DNA of 64,000 nt from Eledone cirrhosa (taxonomy: Eukaryota), in NCBI GenBank assembly GCA_964016885.1, contig OZ024744.1:39556001-39620000 (forward strand), in the 5' to 3' direction. Position 1 is the stretch's first letter. The number at the start of each line of letters is the position of its first letter. The translations under genes were made by a program, and so were the position numbers. The notes beneath the pieces are model-generated. The model was not told the DNA's origin. It made no database searches and saw only the letters and a list, made by a program, of their open reading frames with translations. Shown here one piece after another: positions 1 through 12,564 of this stretch.

Positions 1-363
1 CTTGCCTATGTTTACCAGATTACCAGGGAAAGGCAGACGTAAAATGATGATGAATGATGATGATAAAGACACAGTCATGGCTGCAGAGCTGAAAAGTTTC
101 TTTCACAACCACATGGTTTTGGGTTCTATCCTACTGTGTAAAAGCTAGAGCCCATGAAGCAGAGTGACTTTTATGACTGCGCCATGCATGCGCAATCCAC
201 ACACACAACATAGGAAAGATTCATTGAAAGAGGGTGCATCATTTTCGCTTTCATTTGAAAAGAAAGTTTTTAGCTTGAAATATTATGATGAAATATATTG
301 GGTAAAAAAACATTATTTAGTCCTGTTTTGTTTTATTTATGATCGTTTACCTCAATACCACCG

Positions 364-401
<38 letters not shown>

Positions 402-608
402 GTAAGTATGTATACGTACATACATATATGTATACAGACGTACAGTAGTATGTATATATATACATACATGCACACATATATATATGTACGTATGGGTTTA
501 CCGAACATTTATTATAATGTTTGGTTTGTTTGTAAACAAACAGCCCGAATTACGCCGTACAGTGTTCGGCAACCATCGTCGCCTTTTTGTTCAACACTGA
601 CACAGGAA

Positions 609-649
609 CGATGTACTAGTTTCAAGCTTATTAGCTATCGTCAGCAACG
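609..649 (-). ncRNA. Type I hammerhead ribozyme (left arm copy)
   Basis: Minus strand reads cgttg-CTGACGA-tagctaataagctt-GAAA-ctag-TA-catcg, with one mismatch in stem I. Confidence 0.75.
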
Positions 650-799
650 TATACCTTCCTGTCAGATGATTGAACATTTGAAAATATATACTTTCCTTAT
701 GCAAAGTATATACTTTCAGGAAAGTATATACCTTAGGAAAGTATATACCTCAGGAAAGTATATACTTTCAAATGTTCAACCATCTGACAGGAAGGTATA

Positions 800-840
800 C
801 GATGCTGACGATAGCTAATAAGCTTGAAACTAGTACATCG
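800..840 (+). ncRNA. Type I hammerhead ribozyme (right arm copy)
   Basis: cgatg-CTGACGA-tagctaataagctt-GAAA-ctag-TA-catcg. Perfect 5-bp stem I, palindromic stem III (ACTAGT), GUA cleavage triplet. Confidence 0.85.
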
Positions 841-1161
841 TTCCTGTGTCAGTGCTGAACAAAAAGGCGACGATTGTTGCCGAACACTGTACTGCGTAAT
901 TCGGGCTGTTTGTTTACAAACAAACCAAACATTATAATAAATGTTTGGTAAACCCATACGTACATATATATATGTATGCATGTATGTATATATATACATA
1001 CTACTGTACGTCTGTATACATATATGTATGTACGTATACATACTTACATTTAAGTATCAGCCGTACTAAGAGTGAGAAATGAAATTTCGTTTCATTCTTT
1101 TCCATTTATCATCATCATCATCATCACTGTTTAACGTCCATCTTCCATGCTAGCATGGGTT

Positions 1162-1198
<37 letters not shown>

Positions 1199-1205
1199 AT
1201 ATATT

Positions 1206-1608
1206 AAAAGCCGACCTTACCCAATTACACCTCTCAAAGGCGATGACACACGACCGTGACCTCTGGCGTCACGCAGTAATGCAGAATACCTTCCATGGGT
1301 ACAAGCTGAAGCATATAGACAATATGCCCCCACACCCTCCCACTTCAAGGTGTCCGTGGAGGTGCCATGGCAAAAAAGCACCCAGCCCACACTGTAAAGT
1401 GGACGTGTAGGCGCCACGGAAAAAGCACCCAGCACTCACTGTAAATGAGGTTGGTGTTAGGAAGGGCATCCAGCTGTAGAAATCAAGCCACAATCAGTTC
1501 CCGTATGAGCAAGGCATGGTCAGCCGACCAGACACTGCTCACAACAGGACAACCCGTCTAACCCATGCTGGCGTGGAAGAACGGACGTAAAACGGTGATG
1601 ATGATGAT
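1206..1608 (+). mobile_element. RTE LINE 3' end fragment
   Basis: Encodes KADLTQLHLSKAMTHDRDLWR (RTE C-terminus), followed by the shared 3' UTR and a (GAT)n tail. Confidence 0.85.
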
Positions 1609-1759
1609 ATCCTCTTTGGATTTTAGTCTTCAAATTTATTATTATTACTATATATATATAAAGGTGGTATTGAGGCAAGTCAAGATCAGATGAACAAGAC
1701 ATAGTCATCTGACCTTGACTTGCCTCAAATAGGACAACCTTTCTAACCCATGCTGTTCT

Positions 1760-1875
1760 AGCTCATATACTGTTCACTTTCCTGATATTTGTACATTATT
1801 CTATGTACTATACATGCACCTTTGATGAGTTGTAGTGCAACTGAGCACTGTACACAATAATTTTCATTATTATTG
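1760..1875 (+). mobile_element. CR1-type LINE 3' terminus
   Basis: gatgagttgtagtgca.ctgagcact.tacacaataat plus (ATT)n matches the 3' end of the CR1 at 58496-58560. Confidence 0.7.
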
Positions 1876-2004
1876 TATCTATTGGGATAATTTCTGGAAT
1901 AATTGCTGGCCTTGTGCCAAAAGTAGAAACAATTATTATTGTATCTATTAGGTTTTTTTCTATTAACCTTTGACCTATGTTGTCTGCATTCCCATTCAGT
2001 ATCA

Positions 2005-2900
2005 CAACATTCTTTCCTGCAAGTTGGACTGCTGCAGTTTCTAAAATTTCTATTTTGGGTTGTTTTTTGTGCTTACATGTTACTGGTGCTGCACATGCCA
2101 TCCATATTTAATTAAGGATGTTCTGGATGTTCTGAAGTATAGTATTCACATCTCCAGACTCATCAAATTCAAGCATTGTAACTCAGTGCAGTAAGAATTC
2201 CAGTCTGCTTTATTCCAGTCAAAGTGAGCAGTTTGGAAATGGTTGTAGTGTTACTGCCCATAAGAAACTGATTGGCAATGATCATAGCTAGATCAGATTC
2301 ACCTTGGGTAAACAACTTCAAGTAGAAGTGTTGATATGGTCATATGTATATCGCAGAAAGATACTTCTTGTTGTGACTGGTTTAAATCATTGCAAGGAAT
2401 TGCTGAAAAGTTTGAACAAACATCGACCATCACACCTCCACCATGATGATTAATGGGGTCTTTGCGAAACAAGTTGTAACCAGCTATGCTGAAAACCCCA
2501 TCACAGAGTAAAGAATGTCCCCATGTTTCCATGACAGTAATGAAATCAGGGTTGATACTTTTGACATATGAATCAAAAGGATGTTTCTGGGTTTCAGCTT
2601 ATGATAATATATAGGAGATGGTAGGTTGTTCTTGTTTAGTTTCCCACAGCTTTTTTATATAGTGGGTACAATATGCTCAGACCAGCTTGATTTCCACCAC
2701 TCAGCTTCTTTAGGTTTAGGTGGAGAAGAGGATCAGGGGCATACTTGCAGGGATTTCAGGAGTGTACTGGCAGATGGGAGATGGAACTTGAGTGTTGTAA
2801 CAGCTCTCTTCTTGTTCAGGTTTAGGGTGGAAGGATGTAGGTTAGCCCTTCTGCTTCTGCTGCATTCATTCCACTTGTGTGGGAAGGTGAGTTCCCCATA
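2005..2900 (-). mobile_element. Degraded CR1-type LINE fragment (endonuclease region and upstream)
   Basis: Homologous to about 60480-61500; ORF fragment ETWGHSLLCDG...GYNLFRKD...GGGVMV. Confidence 0.75.
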
Positions 2901-2928
2901 TTATGGAAAATTGCCAGTTTTATCAATC

Positions 2929-3560
2929 CTAGGTCATCTCTTTTGTGTGGTTCAGCTGCATGAGGTCGGCTCTCGCCACATCATCCCAAGTTTTCCTAAA
3001 TCTTCCCCTTCCCAGGGGTCCTTTGACTTTGAGCACCCTGCATTTCTTTATGCAGCTGTCATCCTTCACAAGCATTACATGTCCATACCATTGCAGTCTT
3101 TTCTCCTGCACACTGCAACCAATGGTTCTTATGCTCAGCTCATTGATAATTCGTCACCCATCAGAGCATACTCCCCTTATTTCTTTCCAATCTTTGTAAG
3201 CCAACCATACACAAAGCCCAAGCTTCCACTCTGAGGGAGAGACCGTCAGTAACCAGCCATGGTAGTAGCTCCCTGAATTTTATCCAACTGATCCGTACTC
3301 TGGCTACTGTTGGAACACCCATCCCAACTGCTAATTTGGTCCCCTATGGTGCAGAAACTGTTGACTATTTCTAGGAAGCCCTCTGAACATTTGATAGTGC
3401 TTGTTTCTTGTGTGCTCTTGCTGTTTACTACTCCTGTGAATTGGCTAAATACAAAGCCTACTTTCTTTGCTAGCCTGCTTGCGATCCCACCACATCTTGT
3501 GTATACTTAAAGCTTACATTTTGTACAGGCCATTCCCCTGATGGAACCACAGCCTTGTTT
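2929..3560 (-). mobile_element. Degraded RTE LINE fragment
   Basis: QEKRLQWYGHV...GRGRFRKTW motif, with upstream RT/PHD remnants. Confidence 0.75.
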
Positions 3561-4466
3561 ATACATATATATGTATATAAATAAAAACGAGTGTGGTGCA
3601 TAGGACAAAGACAATGGAAAAACAATGGAAAAACAAACAGTTGCTTCTCACCAGTCAACCTCTGGGAATCGCTATTGTTTCAGTTCTTTAGGGTTGATAT
3701 TATTCATTCCAGTGCTCATTGGGATGCTACAAAACAGGGAGACACAACACAAGTTGTGCCTTTTGATGAATTACACAAATAAAGATAAGAAAATGCTGTA
3801 AACCAATGAGCTTAAACTGGGAAGGAAGAGATAGAACCATATCTATCTATATAAAATGGTTTATAAAATTTAAATTTAAATTTAACTCCAAAGAGAAGAA
3901 ACTGGAACATTTTTCTCTGAAAGTTCCTTATACTCTGAATAAGGGAATTTTAAGTCCCGAAATATTAGGACAAAAGAAACAACAGCAACAGAAAAAAATA
4001 AAGAAAAAAAAAAGATAACCAGGTAACTTACTTTTTTGTTACCTTCATCTTACCATCCATTTTGCATTGTTTAGTCTTATATCACTTTCCACGTTATATA
4101 TTATATACAATGCTTCAAGCAAACATACATGCATACATAAATGGGGAGCCATGGTTGGCTCTGTAAGCTATATAATAATATAGTATGGAACAGTTAATAA
4201 AAGAAATGTGTAGGAGGACTAAATGCAACAATATCTGCGTTTGCACATTGAGTGTCTGTGCACATAAACACGCACGCACATGCACTTAACATGTACGCAC
4301 TCACATGTACTTAACATGTACGCACTCACATGTACTTAACATGTGTGTGGAAACATGTGGAAGCCTAATTGTAATTGTCAGTGAGAGTATTGTGTGGGTA
4401 TGTGAGAAAATATGTCCCTGAGCATTTGAACTTTAAAGGTTACAAGTGCTCAACTATATTGCATCA

Positions 4467-4800
<334 letters not shown>

Positions 4801-5173
4801 TTGTTTCCAGTTATTTTTACTCTGATAAATTATTCCGAGTCACCAATATCTATGACATTAGTAGCATCATCATCATCAGCAGCAGCAGCAAGAGGTGGTG
4901 GTGGCGGCAGTGGTAGTGGTAGTAGTAGTAGTGGTAGTAATTAGTACAGACGCTGTCCATGTCTATATATATATATATGAGTATGTGTGGGGGTGTGATG
5001 TGGTGTAGGGTGATTTTTGTGTGTGTATTATAGAGAAAGTGCAAAAGAGGAAAAAGAGGAAAAGTACATGTGCGCGTGAAAGATATATATATGTGTGAAA
5101 GATATATATATATGTGTGAAAGATATATATATGTGTGTGTGTGTATGTGTGTGTGTATATATATATATATATA

Positions 5174-8100
5174 TCATCATCATCATCATCATCATCGTTT
5201 AACGTCCATCTTCCACGCTTGCATGGGTTTGGACAGGAGTTTTCCCACTTGAGGCAAGAGTGGTTGTCTTGCTCGTATAGGACTGTCTGGCGGGTTTTCT
5301 ACAGCTGGATGCCCTTCCTAACACCAACCACATTTACAGTGTGGACTGGGAGGTTTTTACCGTGTTGCCTACACGGCCACATTACAGCGTGGACTGTCTG
5401 TCTTTTTGTCGTGACACCTACACGACCTTATTTGTTTCGGACTGGATGTTGTGGTACCAACATAACTTCACATTTAAGGGGGGGTTATTTTGTTAGAGGT
5501 GCCTACTGACTGTAGTAGGTTTCGCTTTGTACTTAGGCAAGGCGGGTATTCTGTATGACTGTGTAGCGCCAAACATCTCGGTCCAGTGACATTGTCTTGG
5601 AGAGGTGTAAGTGTGTGAGGTCGGAATTTATCAAGTCGTCCCAGGTTTTTCTGGGTCTGCCTACACCGTGGCTACCGTCTATTTTTATCGCCCTGCACTT
5701 TTTTTATACAGCTGTCGTCTTTCATGCGCATCAACGTGACCATACCAACGTAGTCTTCTCTCAAGTAAACAGCATCTGATCCCTCTTATTCCTAATTTCT
5801 CCCTTAGTTCGTTTATGCTTTGGTGTTCACGTATATTACTATTACACATCCAGCGGAGCATGCAAGCTTCGTTTCTCTCCAGTCTGCGTATATCCTCTGC
5901 ACACAATGTCCAGGTCTCACTGTCATGTAACATTGCTGTTCGTATGCAGGAATCATACAGCCTGCCTTTCATTTTTAGAGAGAACCCTTTAGCCGCCAAT
6001 AGTGGTATAAGTTCTCTGAATTTTTTCCATCCCATTCTGACTCTAGCTACTGTACTTTCAGAGCACCCTCCACCACTGATGATTTTGTCACCCAGGTAAC
6101 GGAAGGTGTCCACTATTTCTATAGAACCATCTGTGCAATGGAATGAGCTAGTATTCAGTAGGCACTTGCTGCTACTTATTGCACCAGAGCACCGGCCACA
6201 TATAAAATCTATATTCTTAGTTAGCTTACCTGTGATCCCACTACATCTTTTATGCACCCATACTTTGCATTTGGGACATAAAATGGAGTTTCTGCCTACT
6301 CCTTGCCTACACACTGAGCATGGCCATTTCCCAGTTGGGACCAGTGCCCTATTTTCCTTCCTACAAACTAGAACTTTAGTCTTAGACAAGTTAACTTTAA
6401 GGCCTTTTGATTCTAGGCCATGCTTCCATGTTTGGAATTTCTTCTCTAGTTCAGCCATTGATTCAGCTATGAGCGTTAGATCATCATGCCAGTCCTTCGG
6501 AACAACCCCATTCTGTATGACTTGGTTTACTATCTGGGTGACCATAGTGTGTCGCACCGTTCCAGATGCTTTCAGCATTTCAGCAACTATTTCCGAAGGC
6601 CCAGCCACCTTACCCGTCTTCATATTTTTGATTGCCTTACTTATTATACTACCTTCAATTAACACTGCTGGTCCCTCTATTGGATCGATGAGGGGGAGAC
6701 TGTCTTTCTCCCATTTATTCTCCTCATTTAGTAGCCTTTCGTAGTGACACTTCCAAGCTACCTTCTTATCAGCATCAGTGATGGCAAGTACACCATCATC
6801 ATTAAGGACACACTTCTCTCCGACAATATCACGGTTTTCCTTGACACATTGCCTAGCAATCCTGAACACCTCACGTTTTTGGTCCTCACGTTGTAGAACA
6901 TGCTTGAACTTTCTTTCCTCTGCTTCCCTTCTTGCGAAGTACACTTGTCTCCTAGCTTCCCTCCTAGCCACTTGATAGTCTTCTCTACTTCCCCCATCCC
7001 GCCATACTTTCCAAGCCTGCTTTTTGGCCTTAATTGACTTCTCCACCTTACTGTTCCACCACCAAGTTACTCTCCTCCTGCCTATAGGCCTGCTCCAGCC
7101 ACAGACTTCATCTGCCGCCTTCAGCAGGTTAGCTTTCAGGAATTCCCACTGTTCCTCTATATTGTATGACTCTAATTGCTCTTCCTTACTGTCGAAAGCA
7201 TCAAGTAATATGCTTTTAAATTTATTACTGGCTGAGGGGTCCTTTAGCTTCCATATTTTTCTCCTGAGGATAGTCCTCCTCTGTTGTCGAGTACGTCTTG
7301 TCCTGACTATGAGGTCGCTGACTATGAGTCTATGTTGGGAGGTGCATTCTTCAAGGGGGAGGGATTCAGTGTTTACAACAGAAACTCTATCACGTCTTCT
7401 GGTAAGGATATAATCTATCTGACTGGTGTGTTCCCCTGATCTATAGGTGATCAAGTGATTGTCTCGTTTTTTGAAGTTAGTGTTACAGATAGTTAGGTTA
7501 TTTGCATCACAGAATTCCAGGATTCTGGAGCCTTCCTCATTTCTAGTACCAAACCCATAGCCTCCATGGATTCTATCATAGCCGTCACAATGTTGTCCAA
7601 CGTGACCATTTAGGTCGCCAGCAATAATTATGTAGTCACTGTCGGTTATTTGGGAGGTAGTGAGCATCAATGCCTCATAGAATCTGTCTTTTATAGCGCC
7701 AGGCAGTCTGGATTGGGGTGCGTACGCAGATATTACTGTCACAGTACTTCTAATTAGAACAAGTCTTAGTTTAATTATTCTGTCGTTCACTCTATTTACG
7801 TTTATTATCTTATTCACCCATTTTTCTGCTAACATGATTCCTACCCCACCCAGCCCATTGTCATTTCCCACCCAGAAAAGCTTATAGCATCGTTTTTTAC
7901 CCACAATGAATCTAGCAGACCCACCCCTCCACCTGGTCTCTTGAATACAGCAAACATCAGCCTCCTTACGTTCAAGCATTTCTACAACCTCGTTAGAGCG
8001 ACCTTTTAAGGTGCCTACATTCATGGTACCAACTCTGAAGTTTTGGATTGCGTTTGGTGGGTGGGAACGGTGGGGTGCGGGGAGGGGGGAGGGGATGGGG

Positions 8101-8300
8101 TTGGGGTTATGCTGGCCATCCGCGGCCGAAACAAAGAGGAGGAGTCCTTATCTTTTCGCCCGGCAGCATGAGGTGAATTTGTCTTTATCTTTGGCATTGT
8201 CACTGAGTGTCCAAATTTTTCAGACTCTCCAGAATTCCATAGTCCATCCATCATATCGGCAAGCAACCAGAAGTGATAGCATAGGCCGCTGACTTTTGAT
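5174..8300 (-). mobile_element. Near full-length RTE LINE with internal deletion of the RT core
   Basis: APE motifs (NVGTL, QET, GDLNGHVG, SQIDY, QH), RTE C-terminus, 3' UTR and (CAT)n tail at about 5174-5195. Confidence 0.9.
5685..8024 (-). pseudogene. RTE ORF (APE endonuclease + partial RT + PHD-like finger), RT core deleted in frame
   Basis: The 779-aa ORF jumps from VVPKDW directly to HDDLTLIAE, so the QGS and YADD region is missing. The C-terminus is frameshifted. Confidence 0.85.
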
Positions 8301-8527
8301 TGGTCCTAATAATAATGGTGGAGAGTGGGGGCGGGTGGGAGGGGTATGGGGTAGTTAGCGAGAGGGTTTAAATGAAATCTTCGAATTTTGGGCATAATTG
8401 GACAAGCATATAACAGTAATAATAAGCGAATGAGGTTTTAAAATACAAGAAGATTATTTAGAAAAAACCAGACAGAATTATAGAATAGCATTGAGAGAGA
8501 GCAAAAGATTGGATTCTGGGCGATGAT

Positions 8528-8531
<4 letters not shown>

Positions 8532-8608
<77 letters not shown>

Positions 8609-8610
8609 CA

Positions 8611-8645
<35 letters not shown>
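8532..8645. repeat. (TA)n microsatellite
   Basis: Directly visible. Confidence 0.95.
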
Positions 8646-8699
8646 GATGGCTGCCCCCTCATTATCGAGTATGGCCATTGCACGATATACCATTATTAA

Positions 8700-9181
8700 T
8701 AATTATTAATTAATGCTATCGTGCAATGCCTGTGCGTGAAGATGTTTTTTAAAGTGAGGAAATACTGTGCACTGAGCCAATCCCACTCACTGAGCGACAG
8801 TAGCTATAACCGGAAAAGAAGAAAAGATCAACATCATCGGTAACTACTGAGCCACAGGTTTTATATCGGAGTTATCCCAGTTTCCTGAGTTGCCTTCTCC
8901 TAGAAGAATACCCTGACAAAGGCTAGGGGTCCTTCACTTCCAGTGGTTTAACCGCGCGGTACATGTGTATATACATATTTACACACTTTCGGATAACCGT
9001 TGACCCTTATGAGTTCTTCCGCCCTTTGTCAGGTTTTGTTTTTTGTCCTGCAGGGTGTCCAAATTCACCCTCCTCACCAAGTGAACTTGGTGGGGTGAGG
9101 TTGGTGGTTTAGTCGGCGATGACCCGACCGTGCGACAGGTTGTACTGGGTTACATGTTACCAGTAGCACTCAAGAGTGACC

Positions 9182-9185
<4 letters not shown>
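8700..9185 (-). mobile_element. Probable 5' UTR fragment of an RTE-like LINE
   Basis: Minus-strand ctaggagaaggcaactc...taaaacc resembles RTE 5' UTR motifs. A diverged relative lies at about 12885-13015. Confidence 0.4.
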
Positions 9186-9216
<31 letters not shown>

Positions 9217-9223
<7 letters not shown>

Positions 9224-9780
9224 TAAATCATGTCCTTAGAATTATTAGATAAAATATATACCATTTCCTCTCCCAATTAGCAACAAGCCTACCCGCCGTA
9301 AGCAACCAATCACATTCTTTCTAGCTTGACCACTGCCACATTGTGATTCTTAGCCATTTTTTAATCTAATTTTAGCGCGATCACGTTGGAAAACTAAATG
9401 TCTAATTTTGAGTTTGTCTCCTGATGAATCCTAACTCTGGGCATTTCCTATTAATTGGATGTCTAAAAATACGGATGAAACCATGGTAGAGATCTAATTA
9501 CGGTATGTACACATTTCTTCTAAGTTTGAATTTACACCTAATTGTGTATGGTTGATGGTATATTTGGTCAGTTCCTACATTCTGTCGAAATGTTGGATAA
9601 ATACTCTATTGGGGCCACTGCGAAGAGGCCACTTTCGGTTATTTGTCGGAGATTTCTTCATAAGAACGTTTATTCTTATAGCTTGGTTTAATTGATTTTT
9701 TATATGGTTAATTATGGTAATTGGGAGAGGAAATGGTATATATTTTATCTAATAATTCTAAGGACATGGTTTATGATATA
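9217..9780 (+). mobile_element. Inverted-repeat-bounded hammerhead module (Penelope-like)
   Basis: Terminal inverted repeats of about 60 bp (9217-9279 / 9718-9780) enclose a hammerhead. Abuts (TA)n. Confidence 0.7.
9416..9493 (+). ncRNA. Type I hammerhead ribozyme with long loop II
   Basis: gtctc-CTGATGA-atcc...ggat-GAAA-ccatgg-TA-gagat; stem III is the palindrome ACCATGGT. Confidence 0.8.
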
Positions 9781-9872
9781 TTGCTCTGATTATTTAATTT
9801 ATTAATTCTTCATAGAGCCAAAAAGTGACCGGTTGCAACATATATATATATATAACTTTATGTATATGTAAA

Positions 9873-9901
<29 letters not shown>

Positions 9902-9907
<6 letters not shown>

Positions 9908-11070
9908 TAAAGTTCTAGTTTGTAGAAAGGAAAATAGGGCACAGGTGCCCTCAGGGAAATGGCCATGCTCAGTGTGTAGGAAAGGAGTAGGCAGAAATTC
10001 CATTTTATGTCCCAAATGCAAAGTATGGGTACATAAAAGATGTAGTGGGATCACAAGTAAACTATCTAAGAACATAGACTTTATATGTGGCCGATGTTCA
10101 GGTGCAATAAGTAGCAAGTGTCCACAGGATACTAGCTCCTTCTATTGCCCAGATGGTTCTATAGAAATAGTAGACACTTTCCGTTAGCTGGGTGACGAAA
10201 TCAGCAGTGGTGGAGGGTGTTCTGAAAGTACGGTAGCTAGAGTCAGAACGAGATGGAAAAAGTTCAGAGAGCTTATACCGCTGTTGGCCACAAAAGGTTT
10301 CTCTCTAAAAATGAAAGGCAGATTGTATGATGCCTGTATACGAACAGCAATGCTACATGGCAGTGAGACATGGGCATTACGTGCAGAGGACCTGCGCAGA
10401 CTGGAAAGGAAGGAAGCATGCATGCTCCGTTGGATGTGTAATAGTAATATACGTGAACGGCAAAGCATAAATGAACTAAGTGAGAAATTAGGAATAAGAG
10501 GGATCAGATGCTGTTTACTTGAGAGAAGACTACGTTGGTATGGCCACGCAATGCGCATGAAAGACGACAGCTGTATAATAAAAAGTGCAGGGCGATCAAA
10601 ATTGATGGTAGTTACGGAGTAGGTAGACCCAGAAAAACCTGGGATGATCTTATAAATTCTGACCTTACACACTTGCACCTCTCTAAGACAATGTCTTTGG
10701 CCAAGATCTTTGGCGCTACGCCGTAATACAGAAGACATGCCTTGCCTATGTACAAAGTGAAACCTACAGTCAGTAGGCACCTCAACCAAATATACACCCC
10801 AATCCACTTCCCCTACCCTATCCTCCCACTCCCACCAACACCACCCTCTATCTGTAAAGTTGGTACCACAACATCCAGTCCAAATAAATGAGATAATGAG
10901 ATCGTGTAGGTGTCACAACAAAAAAACACACAGTCCGCACTGTAATGTGGCCATGTAGGTAACATGGTAAAAAGTTCCCAGTTCCACACTGTAAATGTGG
11001 TTGGTGTTAGGAAGGGCGTCCAGCTGTAGAACACCTGCCAGATATTCCTATATGAGCGAGACATGGTCAC
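9902..11070 (+). mobile_element. 5'-truncated RTE LINE
   Basis: PHD-like finger ORF 9945-10187, C-terminal RT region 10284-10726, 3' UTR. Confidence 0.9.
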
Positions 11071-11424
11071 CCGACCAACATCCTGGTTAGAAATGATTCC
11101 CAAGCAGCTGGCTAATGACCTCGGATGGCACCTCCAGACCAGACTCCAAGACTGACTGATCCTCAGACCAGTGTTAACACAACACAAATCACATCATATC
11201 TATGGAGGAAACAGCAAAGACACAAACAACCATATAGAATGACCAAACACTGGCCTAGAATTCAACGGACACACCTATCCCGAGCATTATAAGAAAATAA
11301 CCGTTATGAACAAAAACTAAACTAACGGATATAAATAAATAAATATGATCACTCACATACACACACACGTGTATAAAATACCTACGTGCACACTCACATG
11401 CATATACACACACATATATACACA

Positions 11425-11870
11425 TCACCATCATCATCATCATCGTTTAACATCTATCTTCCACGCTAGCATGGGTTAGACTGGAATTGAGGCAAGATTG
11501 ATCGGGTGACCATGTCTCACTCGTATAGGACTGTCTGGCAGGTTTTCTATGGTGGATGCCCTTCCTAACACCAACCACATTTACAGTGTGGACTGGGAGG
11601 TTTTTACCGTGTTACGTACACGGCCACATTACAGCGTGGACTGTGTGTTTTTTTATCGTGACACCTACACGACCTCATTTATTTAGGACTGGATGTTGTG
11701 GTAACAACATAACTTTACAGAGAAAGAGGTGGTGTAGATGGGGGTGGGGTAGTGGGATGGGGGGTGTATATTTGGTTAAGAGGTGCCTACTGACTGTAGG
11801 TTTCACTTTGTACATAGGCAAGGCAGGTCTTCTGTATTACTGCGTAGTGCCAAAGTTCTCGGTCCAGTGA
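11425..11870 (-). mobile_element. RTE 3' UTR fragment
   Basis: Matches 5174-5590, with (CAT)n tail. Confidence 0.85.
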
Positions 11871-12024
11871 CATCACACATACAAATACATATATAAATCA
11901 TAAACACACACACACACACATCCATATATCCATATATATACATCCATATCATCATCATCATCATCATCTTCTTTTAACGTCCATCTTCCACGCTAACATG
12001 GGTTAGACGGGAGCATATATATAT

Positions 12025-12393
12025 AAAATTAGAATTGGTGCTCTGAAATAGCGATATATATATGAATGTATATATAGTGTATTTTGCAATACACTGTATG
12101 CTTAATTAAAAGCATTTCGAAGACCTTACGCTATTGTTATAGAGTAGTGACAGTCTCACTTACTTTAATTTTCAGCAAACAGGGGAGATAAAGCTGACAG
12201 AGCTCTGTTTCGCACTTTTTGGTGCTTATCAAAGCTAAGTACTCCACCTGTTTGCTGAAAATCATGAATGTTTGATTCTTACAATAGCATAAGGTCTTCG
12301 AAATGCTTTTAATTAAGCATACAGTGTATTGCAAAATACACTATATATACATTCATATATATATCGCTATTTCAGAGCACCAATTCTAATTTT
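12025..12393. mobile_element. Inverted-repeat module (about 113-bp arms) enclosing a variant hammerhead
   Basis: 12025-12137 is the reverse complement of 12281-12393. A partial rearranged copy lies at 12430-12520. Confidence 0.75.
12168..12262 (-). ncRNA. Type I hammerhead ribozyme, U3-A8 core variant, extended stem I
   Basis: Minus strand core (12192-12236): agct-TTGATAA-gcac caaaaa gtgc-GAAA-cagagctctg-TC-agct. Stem I continues via attttcagcaaacagg/cctgtttgctgaaaat. Confidence 0.8.
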
Positions 12394-12513
12394 CAATTTC
12401 TGCTTGACCGATTATTACTAGAATTCTATAAGAATCAAACATTCATGATTTTCAGCAAACAAGGTGAGTACTTAGCTTTGATACAGTGTATTGCAAAATA
12501 CACTATATATACA

Positions 12514-12564
<51 letters not shown>

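Larger units (their letters stand above)
397..1052. mobile_element. Head-to-head palindromic non-coding element (about 300-bp arms) with one hammerhead per arm; Penelope-like/retrozyme-like
   Basis: About 397-697 is the near-perfect reverse complement of about 752-1052. The spacer has tandem AGGAAAGTATATAC(C/T)T units. It abuts a (TA)n tract. A single-arm relative lies at about 22100-22372. Confidence 0.8.

Noticed and set aside
397-1052. Tc1/mariner-type MITE interpretation
   Set aside because: The arms contain hammerhead cores, and a single-arm copy with a different upstream sequence exists at 22006-22372.
9615-9670. Minus-strand hammerhead-like ATGAAGA...CCGAAA
   Set aside because: The core is mutated and stems I and II do not pair.
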